Program-made: the position numbers and the translations under genes
Shown here: positions 47,950 to 61,689 of the stretch, one piece after another
Numbering within the stretch: position 1 is the first letter of the stretch
Layout: every line of letters starts with the position of its first letter
NCBI GenBank assembly: GCA_010909165.1
Contig: MU008156.1
Location: 1-64,000, forward strand
Reading direction: 5' to 3'
Source: Anthoceros angustus
Lineage: Eukaryota > Plantae > Anthocerotophyta
Length of the DNA: 64,000 bases
The notes under the pieces: generated by a model
Told to the model about the DNA's origin: nothing
The model's input: only the letters and a program-made list of their open reading frames with translations
The model's database searches: none

Positions 47950-50900
47950 GTCCGCCATGATAACCTTAGGCTCTGGCCCGAGCTAGCTCGCTCCTCGACA
48001 ATACTCTCGACATGCGTACCTCCACAAAAGTGGCTTCCTTGGCCGCCATGAATTCGCCAATTCCTTTTCTGCAGTTTTCCTGCAAGCTCCCCTTGGATCG
48101 CAGTTTCTTCACCGCTCCTTTCCATGCACACCATCCTCGAGCCGTCCCTACTCCGAGGCTCCATCATACGCGCTTCCCACACACGCCATGTGTGGGAGTC
48201 CCTCCGCGATTTCTCCGTTTTCTCTTCTCCCTTTGCCAACTTCGTGGCCTCCACTTGCAGCCCTCTTGTCACCCTTTCTCCTCGCTCGGAATCCCCAATT
48301 CATTAGGTTGCATCTCTGCAAAACTCCCTTCACGGATCCTTGGCTTTCCAGCATCAAGACTTGCTCTTGACCTCTAGGCCAGCCACGCCTTGCTTGTTTC
48401 CATCTAGCTTGTTCACGGTGGATGTTGGTGCTGTCCACAACCCGCCTTCAACTCGGCTCACAAAACTAGCTTCTCCACCGCGTCGATCGCTATCCGAGGT
48501 GCGCAGTCGTGGACACATGCATCATCGCTGGTACACCATCTCCCGACCTTCTAGACTCATGTCTAGCCCTAGATCGCCCAGCAATCTCCTTACGTTGCTG
48601 CGGTTTCAGCAATTTCGCAATCGACCGTGAATTGGTCGGCGCTCCTTCTTGCAATTCCACGCAAGCATATCTTGAGGTGTGATTTCTCCACAATCCTCCT
48701 TCATACACATCACCATAGAGCCATCCTCGCTCCTGGGCTCTAGCACGACTCCTCGACAATACTCTCGACATGCGTACCTCCACAAAAGTGGCTTCCTTGG
48801 CCGCCATGAATTCGCCAATTCCTTTTCTGTTTTCAGCTCCCCTTGGATCGCGGTTTCTTCACGCTCCTTTCCATGCACACCATCCTCGAGCCGTCCCTAC
48901 TCAGGCTCCATCATCGCTTCCCACACCGCCATGTGTGTGGGAGTCCCTCCGATTTCTCCGTTTTCTCTTCTCCCTTTGCCAACCGTGGCCTCCACTTGCA
49001 GCCCTCTTGTTGCTCACCCTTTCTCCTCGCTCGGAATCCCCAATTCATTAGGTTGCGGCATCTCACTGCACAAAACTCCCTTCACGGATCCTTGGCTTTC
49101 CATGACTTGCTCTTGACCTCTAGGCCAGCCACGCCTTGCTTGTTTCCATCTAGCTTGTTCACGGTGGATGTTGGTCTTTGTGGCCACAACCCGCCTTCAA
49201 CTCGGCTCACAAAACTAGCTTCTCCACCGCGTCGATCTGCGGGCATCGTACTGCGGTCGTGGACACATGCATCATCGCTGGTACACCATCTCCCGACCTT
49301 CTAGACTCATGTCTAGCCCTAGATCACGCTCTAGCAGCAATCTCCTTACGTTGCTGCGGTTTCTGGCAGCAATTTCCTGTCGAATCGGTGAATTGGTCGG
49401 CGCTCCTTCTTGCAATTCCACAAGCATATCTTGAGGTGTGATTTCTCCACAATCCTCCTTCATACACATCACCATAGAGCCATCCTCGCTCCTGGGCTCT
49501 AGCACGACTCCTCGACAATACTCTCGACATGCGTACCTCCACAAAAGTGGCTTCCTTGGCCGCCCATGAATTCGCCAATTCCTTTTCTGTTTTCAGCTCC
49601 CCTTGGATCGCGGTTTCTTCTCCTTTCCATGCACACCATCCTCGAGCCGTCCCTACTCAGGCTCCATCATCGCTTCCCACACCGCCATGTGTGTGGGAGT
49701 CCCTCCGATTTCTCCGTTTTCTCTTCTCCCTTTGCCAACCGTGGCCTCCACTTGCAGCCCTCTTGTTGCTCACCCTTTCTCCTCGCTCGGAATCCCCAAT
49801 TCATTAGGTTGCGGCATCTCACTGCACAAAACTCCCTTCACGGATCCTTGGCTTTCCATGACTTGCTCTTGACCTCTAGGCCAGCCACGCCTTGCTTGTT
49901 TCCATCTAGCTTGTTCACGGTGGATGTTGGTCTTTGTGGCCACAACCCGCCTTCAACTCGGCTCACAAAACTAGCTTCTCCACCGCGTCGATCTGCGGGC
50001 ATCGTACTGCGGTCGTGGACACATGCATCATCGCTGGTACACCATCTCCCGACCTTCTAGACTCATGTCTAGCCCTAGATCACGCTCTAGCAGCAATCTC
50101 CTTACGTTGCTGCGGTTTCTGGCAGCAATTTCCTGTCGAATCGGTGAATTGGTCGGCGCTCCTTCTTGCAATTCCACAAGCATATCTTGAGGTGTGATTT
50201 CTCCACAATCCTCCTTCATACACATCACCATAGAGCCATCCTCGCTCCTGGGCTCTAGCGCACACTCCTCGGCACACCATTTTGTGTGCCACTTCTCCTT
50301 CCTCCAAATTGTGATTTCTTCGCAATTTCTCCATCATCCTTGCCACGTGGTCTCTTGCTAGCTCGCTTACCAGCAAACCAGCGTTGTTGCCACGACGGCA
50401 TGCTCAACCTCATTCACAAAACCGTTTCCTCCTGCTTTGCCAATCTTGCAAGTTTTCCGCTTGCATCGCGGCAGCTCCCTTCCAACCAAGTTCCGATTTC
50501 CTCCCTTCTTGTTGGCCTAGCCTCATGTCCAGGTCAGATTGCGCTCCCATGGCGACCTCCTCGCCTTGTTGCACCTCCATGGTCGAATTTTGAGTGATTG
50601 CCCAGAGATCTGCCAACTCTCCCTTCTGCGATTTCTGCTCAAACTTTTCTTGAATCGCATCTCCTTCTTCGCCCTCTGGCGTGTCCACCCCCCTAGGGCC
50701 CTCTTCTCCTCGCGGCCCTATGGCGCCTGGCTTCTGACCTCGCCAAGTGGGCGCCTTCAACTCGGCTCACAAAACTAGCTTCTCCACCGCGTCGATCTGC
50801 GGGCATCGTACTGCGGTCGTGGACACATGCATCATCGCTGGTACACCATCTCCCGACCTTCTAGACTCATGTCTAGCCCTAGATCACGCTCTAGCAGCAA

Positions 50901-51550
50901 TCTCCTTACGTTGCTGCGGTTTCTGGCAGCAATTTCCTGTCGAATCGGTGAATTGGTCGGCGCTCCTTCTTGCAATTCCACAAGCATATCTTGAGGTGTG
51001 ATTTCTCCACAATCCTCCTTCATACACATCACCATAGAGCCATCCTCGCTCCTGGGCTCTAGCGCACACTCCTCGGCACACCATTTTTTGTGCCACTTCT
51101 CCTTCCTCCAAATTGTGATTTCTTGCAATTTCTCCATCATCCTTGCCATCGTTGTGGCCTCTTGCTAGCTCGCTTACCAGCAAACCAGCGTTGTTGCCAC
51201 GGCATGCTCAACCTCATTCACAAAACCGTTTCCTCCTGCTTTGCCAATCTTGCAAGTTTTCTGCTTCGGTTGTGACTCCCTTCCAACCAAGTTCCGATTT
51301 CCTCCCTTCTTGTTGGCCTAGCCTCATGTCCAGGTCAGATTGCGCTCCCATGGCGACCTCCTCGCCTTGCTGCACCTCCATGGTCGAATTTTGGTGATTG
51401 CCCACGGATCGCCAACTCTCCTTCCGGTTTACGCTCAAACTTTTCATGAAGCGCATCTCCTCCTTCGCCCTCTGGCGTGTCCACCTCCCTAGGGCCTTCT
51501 CCTCCTCGCGGCCTCATGGCGCCTGGCTTCTGACCTCGCCAAGTGGGGGC
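47950..51550. repeat. Array of about 755-bp tandem duplications in the internal region
   Basis: Identical ORFs at 49178 and 49934 (offset 756) and a near-identical one at 50747. Confidence 0.9.
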
Positions 51551-51999
51551 GCCTTCCCTGTTGCTGAAAAACGGTGCTCTGATGTCCGTTTTTGCTGTTT
51601 CTTTTGCCATCGTGATGGCCTCCACTTGCAGCCCTCCTGACTGCTCACCCTTGAGGAGCATTTCAGCCTCCTCCTCGCGCCCATGCTGGCGCCCTCTTAT
51701 CCTCTCTCGGATTTCCAGATTGTCCTGCTGCAACTTCCTGCACAATTCTCCCTTCCTGCTCATTTGGCCTCTCTGCTGGCAACAAGTCTTGCTGCTCAAT
51801 CCTTAGGCCGTCTACAACATGCTCACGTCCTCCCCTTCGACTGGCAGGCAACCAACTCCTCGTCGAAATCGGTCATCATGGCCTCAAGTCGTTCCGTTTC
51901 AATGAAAAAAACCTTCATTCACATGTTGCTCCCCCGCAACTTCTTCAACTCTACCATCTCCTCTACACCTAGGTACTTAGAAATCCTTGCTACCTTACC

Positions 52000-52420
52000 A
52001 GACTCTAGCTCTACGTCTTCTATAGCATCATACATTCCCTCCGAACTTCCCGAACTTTTATCAGGAAAAGGTCACTCCTTCTGGCGGACGTGGTGGTACT
52101 CTCTTGAAGTAACCATAAATCCCCTCTACATAATCATACAAAGACTCCCCCCTCTTCCTTCGCAGAGTTCTCAACCGGACCAACATGTGATCTCGTTTCT
52201 TCTCCCCAAATCTCACATACTGCTGGCGGCTGTGGGGTGACTGACTCCCACCACCTCTGCTTCCTCCTATCATGGTCAAGGGCGTCCACAAAACTGTGGG
52301 CACACCTCCCAACGAATTCCCTGCAATACTGGCAGTAAACAAATGCTGCCTGCAAGCGGGATGTACTATACACAGACTTGGGCACACAAGCGCCTCAGTC
52401 CTCCTAACAAGCAAGGTTGA
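52000..52420 (-). pseudogene. Retrotransposon gag-like fragment
   Basis: DHMLVRLRTLRRKRGESLYDYVEGI resembles the gag 'L.Q..GESV.DY' core. Confidence 0.5.
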
Positions 52421-53878
52421 AAGGGCAGCAAGCTGGGCAATAATTCGATCAAGACCTTGCGAAATATCAGCCGTTAGATTTCATACCCCAACTTCTCCAC
52501 TGCCAAATCTCACCCTCTTGCCTTCCTCCTCTAACGACGACAAAATCGAGCTAGAAGAGCTCGACAATCCACGCCGAAAAAGTCCTCCTCTTGCGAGCGG
52601 AAGATGTACCTTGAAATTACTAACCTGGCTCGATTCTTGACCCTCACCCTTGATCAGCAACTCCTCGGCAACAACCTCCTTCCTCTTGCTGTCCGTGAGC
52701 ACAACCTCCTCCTGCTCTTAAACAACTGCCTCTTCTTCCTCAACGGAACCCTTGAAAATGTTAGCACATGTAGCTTCCTCTGCAAGAGTTCTCTCCTCCG
52801 CTTCTTCCTTTGCACATCAGCAGCAACTAAGCTTTCTTCATGCACATGATTTCTCCATTCAATTCACAAATCCCTTGCAGAAAAAAGACGGGGGTGATCT
52901 CCTCTCAACTCCTACACGAAAATTACTTCCTCCCCTCCCCGACTAGACTTCTGCAAGCACGCTCACACCCCCTCAACACACAACTATCCAAACAGAAAAT
53001 CCCCCTCCTACTCTGTTCCACTCATGTTGCTTGGTCCAGATGAGCTAGGCGAACTCACACTCCCTTCCTCTCCTGCAGTAAATTCTCCAACCAAAGTTCT
53101 CTGCAGAAGGGTGTCTGCACAAAAGATTGGGGCGGTTGTGGGATGGTGTCTCCCTAGGTGTGCGTCCTGTGAGCTGAGCGGATTCTATCAAGGTGCTCCA
53201 AGATCTTGACCACCGAAATTCCCCACGCTCACCCACCTTCTTCTTCACTTTCTGCTTGGAAGTTGAGCTAGATCCACCACCTGAAGGTCCAGCGTTGAGA
53301 AGGCCCGTGCTGGTAGCTGAATTTGAATCGCACTCAAGAAATGGTGCCTCCTCCTCGCTTTCCTCTTCATACACCAACTCCTCTTCAACCACCTCCTTTA
53401 TTTTCTTTAGTGATTTCCACGTCCCCTCCGGGAGTTTTCCTGGATCACTTGCCTCCCCTTGGCAAGGGCAAAACAACCTCCTCCTCGGCGCCCTTGTCTC
53501 CTCCTCCCCAAGACGCAACCACCGCGCGTTTTCCTCCCTCAATTGATTTCTTCTTGCAGCTCAGATCTCTTGCGATGGCGGTGGGGTGACCTCCTACGGT
53601 TTCTCCTCTCCCCTCCTCGCTAGACATGCAAGCATCCTCATAGCCTCCAACACACGATGGTCAAAGAAAAATCAGCCAACTCCGCCATGCTTTTGCTGCG
53701 GGAACACAAAATCACACCATTCGGGGCGTGGAGCTCCTCCTTCACAACGCACGGGTTCCAGGACGTAGGCTTCTTCCTAGACCCCGCTCCACCTCCTTAC
53801 AAGATCTTCTCAGCTCATCGCAAGCTAGCGAAAATCTCAAAATTTCAACTGCTCAGAACAAGTCCCGCGCGCCAAAAA

Positions 53879-56800
53879 TGTGGAGGAAAACCGGGCTTCC
53901 GAGATTCACCCTCTAGTGGCCACACTTATCCCACTGCGTTCGTGACGCTTGGGTTTCGTCCCATGAGACTTGTGGAGCAGTCGGATCTTGAAATCGCCAC
54001 CAACTACACACTACCTCGGCCTTCTAAACAAGCAAGGCGCCCTCTCACGCTCCTCTGCAGCTACACCGTGCCGCTCAGAATTCACCACGCCCACCTCTAC
54101 GACTAGGGTCCACACCCCACGAGGGTCGGGCTACGAGGGGACCCCCTACGTTGCAGCGACTTCACCACCCGTGATCTTCCACTATTCCTTTCCCATCGCC
54201 TTCCCACAATTGGCATCCTCAACCACCAACTCGACACCACGCCACTCCGACCGCCTCGCCGAATCACCACTCCTGGACCTACAACGACATCCTACCGTAG
54301 GTCCCGCCCTACTGGCGTAGGTCCACCGCTCACGCTAGGGGGACCCCCTCGGGCGACTTCTCCACCCGTGATTTTGAGACCTTAGCTCTTCCGGTGCAGT
54401 GCATTTGGGACCCCTCCCCTTAGGCTCGACTTGGGCCTTCTTCTTACTCCTAATCTCTACCTACTCCTCTACTCAACATTCAGCTCCACATTCTCCTCAA
54501 CACTCACCTCAACTCAACTCCTCATTCCTAATCTAACCTTACTTCAAGCTCCCTAGCTCGCCCTTACGACAAGCCTGGGTCCGCCTACAAGCCAAGTTCT
54601 TCCTTGGGCGGTTGCTATGAGTTTGCACACAACGAGAACCTGTGGAGTCTTTCCCTGTAGTCTACCCTCAAGCCGAGAGTTCCTTGGGCATCGCCACACA
54701 CCCAAAGCAAAGCAATTTCACAAAGAACCATTCACAAGGAGCAACTGCGAGGCGCCTGCAAGGAGCGAGCCTCCGCCAAGCACTCACCGCAAACTCCCTC
54801 TCTGACCTTGCTAGCTTGCACGAGAACTTCCTTCACAAGGAGCAAAGGACTCATGAGGTGGGAGCGCAAGACACGATAATTTTACTTCACAAGCTCCCTC
54901 CTTTTATAGGAGGTCCTCACATACAGCCTCGCGCCCCTCCGGCACCGCCTCACTCCTTATTTTAGTGTATCCTATCGATTTTAAGTTCGACATCCAAGCA
55001 TCTTGGGTAAAATTCTATTCTAGCAAATTCACCTATGTGAGCCTTAATGGCTCACAACATTCCTATCCAGCTAGTCAACACACCCTCGGGTTGACAAGCA
55101 TTCTGTCCTCCCTAAAGAAAAGTCTCCCCAAGCAATGAGCCCACACTCCAAGCTACCACCAACCCTTCAATTACCTCTAGATGCGTCGCCTGGTGATCCT
55201 ACGGATGTAGGGCCACCCTCTACACCTCCTACGGACGTGGGGTCACTTCGGCCCTACCGCCTCCACGCTCTCCACTGCAAGAAGGTCTCCCGTGAGCGGA
55301 TCTTGCTCCATGCCTTCCTCTTCCTCCTCCGAGTCATCCTCTACGGCCTTCCATACACCTGTCGGATGTGTTGGGCTGTCCAGCACCCTGGATCAGTCCT
55401 TGCATCCCTATTCTCCAGTTCCTCAAGTTCCTCTTCTCCTGGCTCCCTAGCAACCAGCTTGCCCTTCTTAGGTGCAAGCGCTTTCACCATCTTGCACCCT
55501 TCAAGATAACTGCACCAACAAGCTTGGGCACACCCCCCTGCTTGTTTCTACCTAGTCGTCACCTCAGTTTCTACACACAATTGCGAGCTTTCTTCACTTG
55601 CCACACAAAATCCACCAAGAGAGCAACTTCAGCCCTTTTCCACTTACTTCCTCTTCACTCCACAGTCCCACCTAGCTCAACCTTGATGCCCTCACAGCAT
55701 ACAACTCCTTATGCGCCCAAATCCCTCACTTGCAAGGTCCTAGGCACGCAAAATTCAGCTCCGCTGCCCTCTTCACAGTTGTGCTTCAAATCCCTTCACA
55801 CACAACTCCTTATGCACGCACACCTCCTTCTCTTTGCACACACATGGGCACCGCGTTCTCACCAAGTCCTTGCTCTAGCTTTCCTTTGCATTCCTTTGCA
55901 TGCAAGCTCTTAGTGCAATTCCTCGCGGGCTTCCTAGGTGCCACTCCTACACACCCGCTTGCATGGCCACACCCTACACTACCTACCCACATATTTATGT
56001 TTTATTATTACTTCCTAGGTTTGTACCCCTTATCAAATCTTGCTTCCCATCCATGTTTCACCCATGTGAATCTCTCCACTCCTACACTTCCGCTTCCAAT
56101 GAGGGAGATCTCCACTCCTACAAGACCTCACCACTCCTGAGGGGAGACACTCTCATCCTACCCATCTACCTACCTAACTAATGCCCGGGAGCCTGCCACC
56201 CTACATCCTACCCGCATCTCTCCCCTACTTGTTCCCTACCTTGTTCCCTACCTTGTTCCCTACCCCAGAGGGACAGTTCTCCTCTTATGGACACGCACCG
56301 TCTACCCATATACATGAATACATGAATACATGAATACATGAATACATACATACATACATACATAGAGTGCACCTCCTTCACCGCCTCCCATGCACCTCCT
56401 CCAGGGTGCACCTCCTCCCACGAGGGAGTGCCACCCTACGTGCACCCTACATCCTACCCATCTCACCCTACATCCTACCCATATACATGAATACATACAT
56501 ACATACATAGAGTGCACCTCCCTCCCTACCCCTCGTGCACTACCCCTCGTGCACCTCCCATGTACACCCTACACCTACCCCTCGTGCACTACCCTACATC
56601 CTACCATCCATGCCATACGCCATCCATGTACACCCTACGTGCACCCTACACCTACCCTCACTTTGACATGCACCCCCCCATGAGGGAGCCCTCCATTCTG
56701 CCAACTATCACCCTACACCTACCCCTCGTGGGGCTCTCATGTACCTATAATAAGTTGAAACACCTCACACAAAAGGCACCCTCTCCACACTCTTCAACGG

Positions 56801-58241
56801 CATGTAGGGAGCCCTCCATTCTTGTAGGGCCAACTATCACCCTACACCTACCCCTCGTGGGGCTCTCATGTGACCCTAATATAATAAGTTGAAACACCTC
56901 ACACAAAAGGCACCCCTCTCATGCTTCTTCCATGTACACCCTACATCCTACCTATCTACCTACCCCTCGTGGGGCTCTCATGTACCAAATATAATAAGTT
57001 GAAACACCTCACACAAAAGGCACCCCATCTCACTATCCACCTAGGATAACTCTGGAGTTCTTATACTTCATTGTCCAACACACCCAATTGGCTTGCATAA
57101 CACTTGACCTCAATAATGAACTTATTCCCCGGTGAACTCCTCACGCCTCAACAACATCTCGTATCAACCCTCCTTGCTACCCATTTCTCCTCGCGGCCAC
57201 CACAACGGCCTCCCTTCACTTTGACTTGCAGCCCCACTGCAAATTCCGCCGTCATGATGCACACCCGTTGTGATCCCTTCACCATGTTGCACCCACCGCA
57301 CCCGCTTCCTATGGTTTGGCCACACCTCCATCTTGCAGCCCATCTACAAATTCAACTGCCGTGAGTGCTCTACCACGGCCTTTCCTAGTTCAACACACGC
57401 CATCCTCACATCGTGACTCCATTGAGAGCACTTCCATGTGCCTCGGCACCGCCATGGCCTCCTCTTGCAACCCTTGTGGCTGCTCACCCTCAACATGAGC
57501 TCCTCGCTCCCATCCTTGCACCAATTCTGCTCCTCTCTCGCATCTTGAGCTCCCAACCTAGAGCCCGCAGCAGATCCTCGTGACACCACCACCATGCACT
57601 TGGCCCATCTTCCTGCAGCAACCCTTGCCACACATCTCTACCTAGCAGTCCTCCTTCTGCAAAATCTCAGCAACGTGAGCACCGCCCATGTCTCACTTCT
57701 TCCACACATGTGGCAAATTACTTTGCCTTCCCTCAAACTTGGTGGTGGCCCCAATAATCGGCCTTTGCCTGCAAGCCTATCAACAGCCAGCAAAGAACCT
57801 CAAGCTACTTCCTTGGCTTAATTGCCTTCACCCTTTCCTACCGTGGTAGGAGCTACTCCCACGCCCAGGGTCATCAAAACGCTAGCTAGGCCGCCACTCC
57901 AGCAGGGACATTCTCCTACCCATACCTATGGGGGTAGGAGTTCTCTCCACTTAGCCTACCGTGGTAGGAGTTTCTCCTGTGGTAGGATACCTCCTACCAC
58001 GGTAGGACATCTCCCACCGCTCACATATGTCTCCTACCCTCCTCACTAGAAGGTCATTTCGATCCGCTTCTTTTCCCCTAAGTATCCTCTCTGCCTTCCC
58101 GACAAAGATCCCATGTACTCCAGCTTCAATCGAACAAAAACATTTCTCGCATGTTTCCACCAAACCATTTCTATCAAAAGAATTCGGACTGTTCAAAAAC
58201 AACTCACTTAAACCGATTGCCCAAACTTTTTGCATTCCCAC
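53879..58241 (-). repeat. 5' LTR (~4.4 kb)
   Basis: Colinear with 39681-45953; contains an (ATACATGA)n/(ATAC)n microsatellite at ~56305-56365. Confidence 0.8.
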
Positions 58242-58559
58242 GGTAGGCGCCTGCGACAAGCATCCTCTCGGGAGGAGCATGAAGCATGGGGAAGTGAGGG
58301 AGAGCAAGGCAGGCGGGATGCCATGGACATGGCGGTAGAATCCAATCACCAGGCTGCATGGCAGAGAAAGGAAAGGACTTCCCCCAGAGATTTCACGAAA
58401 GAGGGCCCATAGTGATGATCGGGGTCCTCGAAGAAAAAGAAAAAACCGGACCGATTGGAAGCTTAGGCGAGGGTGGCACCCATTAGCTCATGTCCCAGCG
58501 AATGAGGAGAGGTTAGAAGCAATGAGAGATGAAGACCCTTTAACCCGATAAGGGAATCG

Positions 58560-59960
58560 GGCGTATCACGAAAGTTGTTCCGGAGATGGGTGGAAGTCGA
58601 GAATCTAAGGCCGTCAGATATCACTCCGGATGGATACAAGGTTGACGAAGCATGGATTTAATTACTTGGCCCGGGTCATATCGAAGGAGAATAGAGGAAG
58701 GCGTATTGCCTCTCATGTATGATAGACCCGGGAATGCGACAACATGGAAGCCTTTGGATTGGCAACGATTCGTGGCAAAAACTTATGTCATGGGAGTACT
58801 TGGCGGAATCACACTTTTGCGATGAAGCATTTGGGCGACATGGCACTGTGGAAAAACGGTTCAGAGTTTTAGAGGCTCACGTGTCTGCGGTCTCACACTT
58901 GAGATGCGGGTTCTAGCCATGCACACAATATTATGGACAAGAGAAGAAAAATGTCTTTCATCGAGCGGTCGGTATCTCGTGATGAGTCGCGCTGCCAAGC
59001 GTGAAGGGTGCATATGACTATGGCATGGAAATTCAATTTGTACAAGGTTAAGGCCTCATTGGCGGCAGCGAGGGAGAGCAAGGCGGAGGCGATGCCATGG
59101 ACATGGCGGTAGAATCCAATCACTATGCATGCGGGAGGAAAGGAAAGGACTTCCCTGATTTCACGAAAGGGCCCATAGTGATGATCGGGGTCCTCGGAAG
59201 AAAAAGAAAAAACCGGACCGATTGGAAGCTTAGGCCGTGGCACCCATTGCGGCAGTTCATGTCCCAGCGAATGAGGAGAGGTTAGAAGCGGTGAGAGATG
59301 AAGACCCTTTAACAGTGTAAGGGAATCGGGCGTATCACGAAAGTTGTTCGGAGGCAGTCTTTGGTGGTGGAGAATCTAAGGCCGGCCCATATCACTCCGG
59401 ATGGAGATCTGGAAGGTTGACGAAGCATGGCAATTACTTGGCCCGGGTCATATCGAAGGAGAATAGAGGCGTATTGCCTCTCATGTGTGACCAGCGGAAT
59501 CGACAACATGGAAGCCTTTGGATTGGCGATTCGGGCAAAAACTTATGTCATGGGGTACTTGGCGGGAATCACACTTTTGCGATGAAGCATTTGGGCGACA
59601 TGGCACGAGGAAAAAGCAGTTTGATGTCGAGGCTCACGTGTACTGCAGTCTCACACTTCAGGAGATGCGGGGTCTAGCTACATACCACAATATTATGTCG
59701 GACAAGAGAAGAAAAATGTCTTTCATCGAGCGGTCGGTATCTCGTGATGAAAGCTTATTGCCAAGCGTGAAGGTGCATATGACTATGGCATGGAAATTCA
59801 ATTTGTACAAGGTTAAGGCCTCATTGGCGGCAGCGAGGGAGAAGGCGGCGTTTACAAGCAAAACAAGGTGGATAACAGACTCATATACTTTGTATTGCAA
59901 AGCAAGAAGGAGAATTTGGGAGAATATTGACAAAATATTTATGAAGTGGGAGGTATGAGG
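58560..59960 (+). pseudogene. ParB/Srx-like domain protein remnant, present as two ~775-bp tandem copies
   Basis: Frame-corrected reading: ITPDGYKVDEAW.NYLARVISKENRGVLPLMCD...VLGGNHTFA (59561-59575; copy at 58802-58814)...VEAHVYCSLTLQEMRGLATYHN..DKRRKMSFIER. Confidence 0.5.
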
Positions 59961-61169
59961 AGTTTAAGACAGAAAAGACACACATGAGGCACAAGCAAGA
60001 AGGGCAAAAGGAAAGCGGAAGGTCGGGAAGATTCCCGAAGGTTGCTTGTATATATGAGAAGGACATGCTATACAAAAGCCATGGAAGGCTTTCGGTATAC
60101 TGCAGTGAGTGTGGACAACGGATTACTTACCGGAAAAAGTATTGGCTGGTGATGAACTGAAAGGCATGGAGGGCGACATCACTTTTGCGGAAGAAGGCTG
60201 CCAAGTTGCTATGGCGAAGCATCTTGGCACATCGTTTGAGGAAGTCGGAGAGAGTACCCGGCATTCAGCGGATGCTATGATCGTGATTTCAAACACGGTT
60301 TGCGGAAGGTAAATCTTCCTTGGCCGTATTTTTCCTTTACCATCTATTGATGGGCGCGGCGCCGGCGTCCTCCAGACCGATGGCGGCGGGCGCCCGGCCG
60401 GCGGCGCCCGCCTATGGATGGATGCGGGCGCGGCGGCGGCCTGCATTTGCTCAATGTGCATGTGGGGCAGCCCCCTCCACCTTGTGTGAGCATAAAGGGT
60501 TTTGTCGGGGCGCCCTCCACATGTGGCAGCAAGCCCTTATGTGTCCTTACGTTTTGGGTTTTATTGTGCAGCAATTAAAGACATCGACAACTGTCCGGCT
60601 TCTAGAAGATTTCCAGCACTTCATTTTGAGGTCAACAAGCTCGGAAAGGGCTGGAAATTGAAGAAGACCTTAAGCGGACAAAGATATGGAAGGCAGGCTG
60701 TTGTTTTCAACGTCCATCGATCGACTCTCAAGTTCGATGCAGTTGAGACCAGCATTGTTGGACATGTGTGGCGCGACTTTTCTTGATGGCGGTAGGCGCG
60801 CACAATCCGTATCGTTGTAGGAAGGAGTCCGTTCCCAAGGGAATGGTCTCGTGCTTATTCCTGACTCTCTGAGCTGCTGAGCGGACTTCATCGAGGTTGG
60901 GTCGGCTCCACAACCTAAGTGTGTGCCCCTCCACAACTCGTCGGACGGTAGCGCGACCGGACCTTCCACAAACCCGCCGGTTCTCCGATTACTAGGAGCG
61001 GGTTTAACGGCGTTCCTTCGGTCTACGTACTCTGGCGCCCGGCTCCTCAACTCTGTCAGCCACAACTCCACCTCAACACACCTGTAGTAACCGACCTTCT
61101 CCCTTATCCATTCCGGCTAGTAGTCACAACACCAACACCATGTATTCACACGGGCCGCCTTTGCCTTCC

Positions 61170-61530
61170 GGGCGCTTCACGTTGCGGAAGCTGCGACCAA
61201 CCTGACCTCCGTTCAATGACCTCCAAGGATGGCTTCCGCCCAGTCACCCCAAGCGCCTCCTAATCCTCCGACTGCATGGAGAAGTGCTTCGCGCCTTTAC
61301 CCCCGACCTCGTTCAGTGACCTCAAGGTTGGCTTCCGCCCAGTCGCCCCAGCGCCTCCTAATCCCCTCCGGCTGCTTCACGTTCGGAGAAGTGGCTTCAC
61401 TGCATCCCCACCTCGTTCAGCGGCCTCAAGGATGGCTTCCAGCAGTCGCCCCAAGCGCCTCCTAATCCCCTCCGGCTGCTTCACGTTGCGGTGGCATGAC
61501 TGCATCCCCAGACCTTCCGTTCAGCTCAAG
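61170..61530. repeat. About 105-bp tandem repeat, 3-4 copies
   Basis: Recurring cctcaagg(a/t)tggcttcc...cagtc(a/g)cccca(a)gcgcctcctaatcc. Confidence 0.8.
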
Positions 61531-61689
61531 GTTAGTCTACAGAAATCACCCATGAGCACCTCTGAGCTCGGTCCGACCCAGTCTGCACCCATCAAGCGTG
61601 TTGGAGCTCGTCACGAGCTCTAAACACATCCCTCTACCACCAATTAATCACGCGGTGGCGCGAGAACTCACTCGCTCCTCGAGCACGGA

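Larger units (their letters stand above)
39681..58241 (-). mobile_element. Large non-autonomous Gypsy (Athila/Tat-like non-chromovirus) LTR element with multi-kb LTRs
   Basis: Two long homologous blocks begin TGTGG (39681, 53879) and end ...ttttgcattcc(c)ac(a). PBS-like TTTTTGGCGCGCGGGAC at 53862-53878 and PPT at 45954-45966. Internal gag-like and integrase-flank fragments are present; no RT was seen. No TSD could be confirmed. Confidence 0.8.
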
